Of a DNA stretch of 50,086 nt, positions 31,539 through 39,922 are shown piece by piece. The stretch's first letter is position 1, and the number at the start of each line of letters is the position of its first letter. Origin of the DNA: Promethearchaeota archaeon (GTDB lineage Archaea; Asgardarchaeota; Lokiarchaeia; Sigyniarchaeales; SOKP01); assembly GCA_016930515.1 (NCBI GenBank), contig JAFGGO010000138.1:1-50086 (forward strand). The letters run 5' to 3'. A program made the position numbers and the translations under genes. The notes under the pieces were generated by a model. That model was given only the letters and a program-made list of their open reading frames with translations, had not been told where the DNA came from and searched no databases.

Positions 31539-32357
31539 ATGCAGTTATCGATTGAACAACTTGCAGAGAACATCGTAAATCAGAATGTCACAAACATCAA
31601 TTTAATCAGTTATTTTAAGAGATCCACCTCCAGAACTCCCGTTTTTTTAAGTCAGATTAAGAGAAACTACGCCGAAATTCGACCTCTTCTCAATAATGGT
31701 TTGATTAAAGCTTATGATCCAGTAAAAAGCTACGAGTTTTTTATCGACAAGTTAGAAAATTGTTTCTACGAGTCTTATCAAGAAAAAATCGATTTTCTCA
31801 AAGAAGAGATTTGGCGCAGAAAACGAGCTAAAGAAAATCTAATTAAAAAGGCAGAGGATTTAGAACCTAAAGTGGGAGATAAAGAGTACGATAGCAAGCT
31901 ACACGATTGCTTGGAGTTTGCTAAAAAGACGATAAACATGCTCGATAAGATGGAACTCGAAAAGGAGGATTTTAACAATGTGATTGCTAAATACCAAGAA
32001 AAAATGAAAGAAGATCCCGTCTACAAACTATTGTTGTATGTCCGAAATGATAATGAAATTATTTTTAATAAGAGAACCGCCGATAACGAGCAACTCGTGC
32101 GTAAAAAGTTGCTTACATATGCCGAAGCGTGCGTTCCAGGAGAGGCAAAGGATTTGGTTATGGAGATGAAGAATCGAGGGTTTTATAAGGAGTATTCTCC
32201 AGCTAAAAACTATTATATTACCGATCTGGGATTAATTGTAGATAAAAAATTGAAAGAACATTCTTGGGACGAGCAAAAAAAAATTGAAGATAAGCTTCCT
32301 GAAGAGCAATTACAAGAAGAAGAATTTGAGCAATTAAGAGCAAAATTCAACCTTTAA
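31539..32357 (+). CDS. Hypothetical protein, putative winged helix-coiled coil-winged helix (paralogue 1)
   Basis: LLNNGLIKAYDPVKSY and MKNRGFYKEYSPAKNYYITDLG flank a coiled coil. Confidence 0.75.
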   Translation: MQLSIEQLAENIVNQNVTNINLISYFKRSTSRTPVFLSQIKRNYAEIRPLLNNGLIKAYDPVKSYEFFIDKLENCFYESYQEKIDFLKEEIWRRKRAKENLIKKAEDLEPKVGDKEYDSKLHDCLEFAKKTINMLDKMELEKEDFNNVIAKYQEKMKEDPVYKLLLYVRNDNEIIFNKRTADNEQLVRKKLLTYAEACVPGEAKDLVMEMKNRGFYKEYSPAKNYYITDLGLIVDKKLKEHSWDEQKKIEDKLPEEQLQEEEFEQLRAKFNL

Positions 32358-32497
32358 AGAAAAAAAAATGAATTTATTATTTTAAAGAAATAATTTTTAT
32401 TATAGATAACATAACATGCCTCTTTTTATTAGTGAGTTAATTTCTAAATTCGGACAAACCGATCGATTTTTATATGATGAGAACGTAAATAAGTGTA

Positions 32498-33319
32498 ATG
32501 CAAGTCGAGCTACTATCGTCGATTGAGGAAAATGCGCTCTTAAATATTAAAAATATAGAATTAATTTCGTACTTTAATAAATCAACGATAAAGACGCCCG
32601 TTTTCTTAAGTACGATTCAAAAAAGATATTCCGAGATAAAAGCACTCCTTGAAAATGGGTTTATAAAGGCTTCCAAACCAGTTAAAAGCTATTTTTTTAA
32701 TATAAACAAGCTCGAAGACTTTTTTTACGAGACTTATCAAGAAAAAATCGATTTGTTAAAAGAATATATTACTCTTAACAAGCAAGAACAAGAAAGAATC
32801 GTCCAAAGCGTGGAAGAGATGGAGCCCAATAGCGGAAGCGAGGATTACGATACTCGTTTGAAAGAATGCGTATTGTATGCCAAAAATTGCTTGGAAGACA
32901 TTAAACAACTAAAAATTCAAAAAAAAGAGTTTAAAAAGGTAATTTATGACTTGCGAGATGGAATGGTACGCGATCCTTTCTATAAATTCATTCTTTTCGT
33001 GCGAAACGACAAGGAATTCGTTTTTAACAAGAGAACAGAAGATCACGATGGTCGCATTAAGAAAATATTATTGCATTACGCAAATTCTTGCACGAACGGA
33101 AATGGACAAAAATTATTATCCTTGCTAAAGAATCAGAATTTTTATAAGGAATATTCTCCTGCAATGAACTATTACATAACGGAATTGGGAAAACAAGTAG
33201 ATTTAGAACTGAAGAAATTCCGGTGGGAAGAAAGCGAATATGAACAATACGAAAAAACTGCCGAAGAACTCCTTCAAGAAGAAGAGCTTGAAAAATTAAG
33301 AGAATTCATTGGGTTCTGA
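32498..33319 (+). CDS. Hypothetical protein, tandem paralogue 2
   Basis: Collinear with 31539..32357 (LISYF, TPVFLS, YQEKID, FNKRT, FYKEYSPA.NYYIT.LG). Confidence 0.75.
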   Translation: MQVELLSSIEENALLNIKNIELISYFNKSTIKTPVFLSTIQKRYSEIKALLENGFIKASKPVKSYFFNINKLEDFFYETYQEKIDLLKEYITLNKQEQERIVQSVEEMEPNSGSEDYDTRLKECVLYAKNCLEDIKQLKIQKKEFKKVIYDLRDGMVRDPFYKFILFVRNDKEFVFNKRTEDHDGRIKKILLHYANSCTNGNGQKLLSLLKNQNFYKEYSPAMNYYITELGKQVDLELKKFRWEESEYEQYEKTAEELLQEEELEKLREFIGF

Positions 33320-33404
33320 TAAAGATTGATCTTTAAGAAAAGAACCTTTTTTATAACAAGTTTTAAATGAAAACAAAAGTATTGTATTATAGCTTATAGA
33401 AGAG

Positions 33405-34202
33405 TTGATAAGAAAAATGATTACCTGGATTATTCTGATTTTACTGTTCGTGTGGTGTGTTTACAAGCGAACCAGAGAGAACGGGGAAGTTAAGGGCTTT
33501 CCCCTTGGCTTGCCTCGTGGTACGATTAGAGCCATAGTGACGCTTCTGATTGTTTCTCTCCCGCTCCAATTTTTAATAATGGATCAACCCATACCAGGCA
33601 TTGTAGTTAACGCACTTTTTATAGTCGTAGCGTTTTATTTTGAAGCAAGAAAACCAGGAGAAGACCGATTAAAAAGGATCATAAAAGAACTAAAAAACCC
33701 TGAAAAACACTATTTGGAAGAAAAGCGAATTAAAAAACCATTATATTGGCCAAAATATACCGTTAGAATCACCCTGATCCTCCTGCTTACCTTGATAGTC
33801 GCTATATCAATGATCAGCGGCAAGATCAGCACATTTGAAGCAACTAGCACCATTATCGATGTCGTCTTGATCATAGGACTTTACATGATAGGGTCCATAT
33901 TTAGAGGGATAGGAGTTTATAAAGAACGGAAGAAACTCAAGGCACAAATTTCTGATATGAAAGAAGTGCAAAATATGACACGTTTTCAAATCATGGAAAA
34001 TTTGATGGTAGAAAAATTAGGCTGGTGGGCGCGCAAGGGTAAGTTCATCTTGTCAATGTTCGTGCTAATATCAATGATAGTATCACTGTTCTTTTACACA
34101 TTTAACATCCCCGGTCAGATTATATCCACTCCAGACTATACATTATCGCTTGAAGGATTCCTATTACTAATAATAAGCTTATATTATGGTATAAGAGATT
34201 AA
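33405..34202 (+). CDS. Membrane protein with internal duplication
   Basis: PLGLPRGTIRA and PLYWPKYTVRI each precede a TM hairpin. Confidence 0.75.
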   Translation: MIRKMITWIILILLFVWCVYKRTRENGEVKGFPLGLPRGTIRAIVTLLIVSLPLQFLIMDQPIPGIVVNALFIVVAFYFEARKPGEDRLKRIIKELKNPEKHYLEEKRIKKPLYWPKYTVRITLILLLTLIVAISMISGKISTFEATSTIIDVVLIIGLYMIGSIFRGIGVYKERKKLKAQISDMKEVQNMTRFQIMENLMVEKLGWWARKGKFILSMFVLISMIVSLFFYTFNIPGQIISTPDYTLSLEGFLLLIISLYYGIRD

Positions 34203-34563
34203 AATCAGCATGTTATATCTTTCTAATTTATTTTATTCTCTAAACTTATCTATTTATCAATTGTGTCTTTAATAATTTATTTAAAATCGACATGAGAAAT
34301 TAAAAATGATGGATTTAATTTTTAAGTCCTTGAGCTTTACTTTAAAAGGTAATGACTTTAAAGAATTTTATTTCTAATTTTTATTCCTTTATTTAATAAA
34401 TTTGTAATTTGAAATATGATGATTTTTCTTTAGATTTGGATGGGATGTTGTTTACTTTTCTTTATTTTAAAAATTAAATTAACTAACAAACCATTTTATT
34501 AGATACTTTTAAAATAAAAAAAGTAATATCTTGGAAAATTTCCTATTAATCAAAAACATCAAA

Positions 34564-34737
34564 TTATTTTTTTGTTTTTGATTCTTGTTTTTCAATCTTG
34601 CGGTATTCTTTTGTAATTAGAAAGCGAATGATTTCCGTGTTATTTTTTATGCCGTGATATTCCTTTACGACTTCGAGCTTGTCAAATATTTCTATCTCGA
34701 GGGGAATGTGCATGTCCTTGCTTTTTTCGTTTGCCAT
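34564..34737 (-). CDS. Ribbon-helix-helix (CopG-like) small protein, absent from the ORF track
   Basis: MANEKSKDMHIPLEIEIFDKLEVVKEYHGIKNNTEIIRFLITKEYRKIEKQESKTKK (57 aa); TATA-like TTTATAAG upstream on the minus strand. Confidence 0.75.
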   Translation of the reverse strand: MANEKSKDMHIPLEIEIFDKLEVVKEYHGIKNNTEIIRFLITKEYRKIEKQESKTKK

Positions 34738-34966
34738 TAGGTATATGTTATTTATTGTTCTTATAAAGGTTTTTGGAAGTATAATTTATTATTAATTTTT
34801 TTTTTTATTATAAAAGAATCAGAAATGTAGCAATTATGGAGAAAAAATGGATCATACATGGATAAACAAGGATAAATTTAAATATGAAAACATAATCTAT
34901 ATGTATGTTTCCTCTCAATGTTTTTGCATAAGGTATATTAAATAAAACGATAATCGATAAGCAAAT

Positions 34967-35096
34967 AAACTTTCCACTTCAGGAGTGGGCGCGGAAGCCG
35001 AGAATCCTAGGTGCGAATAGTGTAGTGGCTTGAAACAATGATCTTTTTGTTAATTCACTGATACCCTCATTTCACGCAAGAGAGTCTTGGCATCGT
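34967..35096 (+). ncRNA. Candidate structured non-coding RNA (short 5' hairpin plus long irregular hairpin)
   Basis: GC-richer island with CCACTT/GAGTGG, GCCGAGA/TCTTGGC, TAGTGG/TCACTG and ACAA/TTGT pairings; TATA-like element near 34934-34944. Confidence 0.45.
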
Positions 35097-35172
35097 AAAT
35101 CGTAAAAAAACGGAGATAAGGTAAGAACTCCTTAAATTATTTTAAAATAGGTAGATAAAGGTAGTTTGAATC

Positions 35173-36135
35173 ATGTTATTAGTCATATTAATGATTGTAT
35201 TACTGGTTGGTGGTATAGCTCTAATAATTGTTTCAAGTGGTCAAGCAGTGAAACATTGCTCCTATCTTGCTAAAGCTCTTGGAATATCACCTTTTATTAT
35301 AGGACTTACAATAGTATCTCTAGGAACCGACCTATCCGAAATATTTAACTCTATTATCTCAAGTTCTCTAGGACACGCAGATGTTAATATTGGAGATGCG
35401 ATTGGATCCTGCCTTGTCCAATCAACCCTCATTTTTGGACTATTACCAATTTTAGGAGGGAAATTCGAAGTAAAAAGAAAAGAAATAATTGTCATGGGAA
35501 TTTGTGAGATAATTGCGCTCATCATCTTGTACTCCACTATTGAAAAAGGATACATAACCAGAATGAATGCGTTATTCATGATGGGTAGCTTGATACTATA
35601 TTTTTTGATAACTTATACATACACTAAAGAAAACACTAAAGAAAAAGTTGCAACACTCGAAATAGTGGAAGTACATAGAAAAAAATCCTTTCATGCAATA
35701 ATAGCGCTCGTCGCTTTCGTTGGTGTTGCAATTAGCGCGCTTATTATCGTAGAATCGATTATTTTTCTTTCAACTTTACTTTTGGTCGATGAATTTATCA
35801 TAAGTTTTTTCGTGTTAAGTATTGGCACTTCGCTTCCAGAATTAACGGTTGATATCAACGCTTTAAGAAGAAAAGAAAGCAAGTTGGCTGTTGGAGACAT
35901 CATTGGAAGTTGCATAGTCGATGCAACACTTGCAATTGGGATAGGTCAAATTTTCTTTCCACAAGAAATCAACGCTTCTCTTGCGCTTCCAACCATTCTT
36001 TACACCATATTTGCATCTTTAATAGTTTTTATCTTTATCGGAATAAGGCAAAAAGTTGATAAAAAAGCAGGTGTCGTCTTAATATCTTTATATATCTTGT
36101 CTTTTGGTTTGATTTTTCTTTTTTCAAACCTCTAA
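35173..36135 (+). CDS. Na+/Ca2+ antiporter (CaCA/YrbG family)
   Basis: Alpha repeats VSLGTDLSE...GDAIGS and SIGTSLPE...GDIIGS. Confidence 0.92.
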   Translation: MLLVILMIVLLVGGIALIIVSSGQAVKHCSYLAKALGISPFIIGLTIVSLGTDLSEIFNSIISSSLGHADVNIGDAIGSCLVQSTLIFGLLPILGGKFEVKRKEIIVMGICEIIALIILYSTIEKGYITRMNALFMMGSLILYFLITYTYTKENTKEKVATLEIVEVHRKKSFHAIIALVAFVGVAISALIIVESIIFLSTLLLVDEFIISFFVLSIGTSLPELTVDINALRRKESKLAVGDIIGSCIVDATLAIGIGQIFFPQEINASLALPTILYTIFASLIVFIFIGIRQKVDKKAGVVLISLYILSFGLIFLFSNL

Positions 36136-36310
36136 TTTTTGAATTAATTATTATATTTGTTATATGGGAACGAAATTTTCCCCTCAACCTTGATTTTTAA
36201 ATATCACTTTACGGATGTATTAATTAAGAAGTAAAAAATTATTATTCGAATTTTTTAAGTATGATTTTTAATTTTATATATTAGAATTACACAGAAACAA
36301 ACTGATCTAA

Positions 36311-36496
36311 ATGATTGATGTAGAAATATACAAGAATTTTGCTAACAACTGCGTGTGCCTTCATTGCCAGAAACATGGTAAAATTGTTGAAAAAGAGGGT
36401 AAGATACAAAAAATAATTAGTTGCAGCAAGTTCAGGAACAAACCAAAAGCCTATATTGGAAGTTGCAAGGAATACGTTAAGTCTCCATTTTTTTAA
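36311..36496 (+). CDS. Small Cys-rich hypothetical protein
   Basis: CVCLHC...CSKF...CKEY; TATA-like TTTTATAT upstream. Confidence 0.55.
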   Translation: MIDVEIYKNFANNCVCLHCQKHGKIVEKEGKIQKIISCSKFRNKPKAYIGSCKEYVKSPFF

Positions 36497-36686
36497 ACGA
36501 TTTGATTTATTTGATTTGACCTTGTTCTTTTTTTAAACTGATTTTTAAGGTAAAATCTGAAATTTTAAAAACATGTTCACTATGTGATCGATTAGATATC
36601 TTAATTATAAAATCATAAAAGCGGATTGAACCAATAGTATTTTCAAAATGTTATATAACCTCGATAAAAAAGAATTAGTGTAGACG

Positions 36687-38300
36687 ATGCTTGATAAAGA
36701 TCTTCCTCTCCAGAGAGAAAAATTTGCAGATTTAATTGAAAAAGGGGAAGAATGGATTTTAGAACGGCTTTTTTCGTACGCCACAAAGCTTAACTTCGTA
36801 AAATACACATCAACCTTGAAGGAAGCTTGGCGAATTTCCATTGAAGGCCTTTCTAAGCCTTTAATACACGCAGTAAGAGGAATAGAGGGGATTCCGGATT
36901 TTGGACCAGACGAAGATTATGTAAACGATCCTATTGCTTCTTTTGGAATATTAGAAGCTCAATTACATAGAAATCGAGGTGTGACTTTAGAAATGTTTTT
37001 GGGGCTCTTGAAATATTATAGGCAATCGTATATCGATCTTGTTATTCAAGCTAGTTATGAAAAGAAGTTTGAAAATTTCTGCAGGAATTTTCTCGATCGA
37101 TTCTTCGATCGCGTAGAGTTAGGATTTTGTACTGAGTGGACAAGAACGCCCCATAAAGATATTATTGCAGATTTACAGGATACAAACCGTCGAATGACTA
37201 ATGAAAAGAATAAATACCTAACTTTCTTCGAAAGCCTTCCTAATCCAGCAATTTTTATCAATTTAGAAAATAAAATTGAAAATCTGAATCATTCTGCTTC
37301 TGTTCTTTTTGGACTTTCTCGCGTTCCTGGCGCTACTTATTACAGCAAGGTTAAAGACGATACAATACCCAATTGGATAAAAAATGAGATGGAACAATTT
37401 ATTCAAGAAAATATTGAGGAGTACAGCTTTGAAAATCACATTCCCACTCTCAAGGGGAAGCGATATTTTAGCGTCAAGATGAAAAAAATGCTCGATGTGA
37501 GCTCGAAATTTAATGGCGTTATCGTTATACTTAACGATCTCACCGAACGAATCAATGCTGAAGAGAATCTCAGGAAGTCAGAAGAGAACTACAAGCAAGC
37601 TTTCGATAGAGCAAATTTATTTAAAGATATTGTCATTCACGATGTTAATAATGTTTTACAACTAATGCAATCTTCAGAAGATTTGTATAAATATTATCGA
37701 GCAGAAGGTTGTGAATTATCAGAGATTGACGAAATCCTAGTAAACATGGATAAATCAATTGAAAGAGGCATTCAGATCGTTCAAAACGCTCGAAAGCTAT
37801 CTCAGGTTGAGGAAACAGATTTGTTAAATCAATCCCTAAATTTATACAAGTACTTGGAGGATTCTGTTAATGCTTTGAAAAATAAGCACGAAAATCGAGA
37901 TATAAACGTTCACATCGATGCCTTTAGCGAAAAAATAATCATCAAGGCTAATGAGTTACTATTCGATGTATTCGACAATATATTCGCGAATTCTATAAAA
38001 TACAATCAAAATCCAAAAATTGAAATAATTGTAAAAATTTCCGAATTCTTATTGAATCAAGAAAAATATATAAAATTGGAATTTATAGACAATGGAATTG
38101 ACGTTCCTGACGAGCAGAAGGCACTTATTTTTGAAGAAGGGAGAAAAGCAGTAAAAAGCGGAAAGGGCTTGGGTTTCGGCCTGACCCTGGTAAAGAAGAT
38201 AGTAGAAAGCTACCGGGGAAGGGTTTGGGTGGAAGATCGCGTCAAAGGAGATCCGTCTCAAGGCACCAATTTCGTACTCTTGGTTCCCTCACACATGTAA
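36687..38300 (+). CDS. PAS histidine kinase with N-terminal helical (globin/RsbRD-like) sensor
   Basis: PAS FFESLPNPAIFIN; H-box HDVNN; N-box DNIFANSIKY; DNG and GKGLGFGL. Confidence 0.9.
   Translation: MLDKDLPLQREKFADLIEKGEEWILERLFSYATKLNFVKYTSTLKEAWRISIEGLSKPLIHAVRGIEGIPDFGPDEDYVNDPIASFGILEAQLHRNRGVTLEMFLGLLKYYRQSYIDLVIQASYEKKFENFCRNFLDRFFDRVELGFCTEWTRTPHKDIIADLQDTNRRMTNEKNKYLTFFESLPNPAIFINLENKIENLNHSASVLFGLSRVPGATYYSKVKDDTIPNWIKNEMEQFIQENIEEYSFENHIPTLKGKRYFSVKMKKMLDVSSKFNGVIVILNDLTERINAEENLRKSEENYKQAFDRANLFKDIVIHDVNNVLQLMQSSEDLYKYYRAEGCELSEIDEILVNMDKSIERGIQIVQNARKLSQVEETDLLNQSLNLYKYLEDSVNALKNKHENRDINVHIDAFSEKIIIKANELLFDVFDNIFANSIKYNQNPKIEIIVKISEFLLNQEKYIKLEFIDNGIDVPDEQKALIFEEGRKAVKSGKGLGFGLTLVKKIVESYRGRVWVEDRVKGDPSQGTNFVLLVPSHM
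38182..38254 (+). repeat. 73-bp perfect inverted repeat, copy 1
   Basis: Identical to the reverse complement of 39990..40062. Confidence 0.95.
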
Positions 38301-38414
38301 TAGTACCTATTAAATTTTAATATTAAAATTTTACCACATGGATTTAAATAGTGCTTATAATAAATGTCTCATAAGGATATGATAATTTAATAAAAAATAT
38401 CCTAGAGGTGAAAA

Positions 38415-39206
38415 ATCGTTTTTGAAATAGGAGAGATTATATTTATCATTATCATTGCTGTCATCATAATTGCTTGTGCTATTTTCTTTCCCATCCTATT
38501 AGCCTCCTTAAAGGTAGTAAGCGAATTTGAGAGATTGGTAGTATTTCGATTCGGAAGATATCACTCGATTAAAGGTCCTGGAATCGTTTCAATCATACCA
38601 GGAATCGATAAAACGAGAAAAGTTGATATGAGGACGATCACTTACGACGCCAGAATGATCAAGATAATCACCAAGGACAATGTCCGTTGCGATGTTGATA
38701 CTGTCGTGTATTATAAAGTCATAGATCCCAAAAAGGCCGTTGTTTCAGTTGCAAATTATACCTTTGCAACGCAAAACTTGGCAAACACAGTATTAAGAGA
38801 AGTACTGGGTCGTGCCGAACTCGACGATTTGCTAACTAAAACACACGATTACACATTGGAAATACAAAAACAGATCGACGAAAAAACAGACCCATGGGGA
38901 ATTAAAGTGAGTGACGTGGCAATCAGCGACATCGTTCTTCCGGTTGAGATGCAAAGAGTCATTGCAAAACAAGCCGAGGCAGAAAGGGAAAAACGAGCTA
39001 GGATCATCGTTGCCGATGGCGAGTCAATTGCCGCTCAAAAAATGCTCGAAGCGGCTCAGATTTACGCCCAAAGCCCCATCACGATCAAGTTACGAGAGTT
39101 ACAAACCATGACGGATATAGCTCGAGAAAAAAACCTAGTGGTTATTACAACTACAAGCGATGTGGGAGAATTAGGTAAATTAATAGCCATGAGCAAGAAC
39201 AAGTGA
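38415..39206 (+). CDS. Stomatin/SPFH (band 7) protein
   Basis: FERLVVFRFGR...GPG...ITKDNV...TDPWGIKV...AKQAEAEREKRA...LRELQT. The frame opens at ATC 38415 and includes the TM anchor missed by the ORF track (38535). Confidence 0.93.
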   Translation: MVFEIGEIIFIIIIAVIIIACAIFFPILLASLKVVSEFERLVVFRFGRYHSIKGPGIVSIIPGIDKTRKVDMRTITYDARMIKIITKDNVRCDVDTVVYYKVIDPKKAVVSVANYTFATQNLANTVLREVLGRAELDDLLTKTHDYTLEIQKQIDEKTDPWGIKVSDVAISDIVLPVEMQRVIAKQAEAEREKRARIIVADGESIAAQKMLEAAQIYAQSPITIKLRELQTMTDIAREKNLVVITTTSDVGELGKLIAMSKNK

Positions 39207-39272
39207 TTGTCAAATTAAATAATAATTTTTTTTCATTACAATATAGAAAGGATCAAATTCGAGAAAATTAAT

Positions 39273-39833
39273 ATGATTTTGTTTATATTATCAATAGTAT
39301 TAATCGTAGTAGGAGTTTTACTTGTAATCGGAGAAATTGAATCAGAAGAAGTTGACTTCTTCGGACCAGTTGCGCTATTTTGCATGATTATGGGTATTTT
39401 AATGTGGTTTTTTTCAAATCCAATAGTGATCATGAGGTCGTGGGAATTATTCGTGGTGGTTTCGGCCATATTTTTATCGATCGTAATCATTTTCTCCGGC
39501 TTTTCAATATTTGTTACGATTAAGATGATAAAAATAAGGAATGCTCCAACAACCGATCAAGAATTTATTGGAGGATTAGGGAAAGTTGTCAAGTTGATCA
39601 CTAAGACCAAGGATGGATATATTAAATACAAAGGAGAATTATGGAAAGCGGGTTCAGATCACGAAATCTCCCCAAAACAAAAAGTTAAAGTCATAAAAAA
39701 AGATGGTATTAGAGTACAAGTCGAACCGTTAATACTTTCGAGCTTGATGTATTGTCCAAATTGTGGTGATAAAATAAGAGAAGAAGCAATAGTATGTAGC
39801 AAGTGCGGAGAAGATTTATCTAAAATAGAATAA
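39273..39833 (+). CDS. nfeD: Short NfeD-family protein with C-terminal zinc ribbon
   Basis: TM helices, OB-fold GYIKYKGELWKA...KVKVIKKDGIRVQVEP, then CPNCG...CSKCG; next to stomatin. Confidence 0.85.
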   Translation: MILFILSIVLIVVGVLLVIGEIESEEVDFFGPVALFCMIMGILMWFFSNPIVIMRSWELFVVVSAIFLSIVIIFSGFSIFVTIKMIKIRNAPTTDQEFIGGLGKVVKLITKTKDGYIKYKGELWKAGSDHEISPKQKVKVIKKDGIRVQVEPLILSSLMYCPNCGDKIREEAIVCSKCGEDLSKIE

Positions 39834-39922
39834 AATCAATCCATTCTCCTAAAAAATCTATATTTAAACAACAAGAAGGTTTTAAGCGAAAATTATTTTA
39901 TAATCTCTTGATATAAGGCATG

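Noticed and set aside
34967-35096. SRP RNA, RNase P RNA, 5S rRNA or yybP-ykoY riboswitch identity
   Set aside because: Too short for archaeal SRP or RNase P RNA and lacks their conserved motifs; only a vague GGAGT/GCAAGA resemblance to yybP-ykoY.
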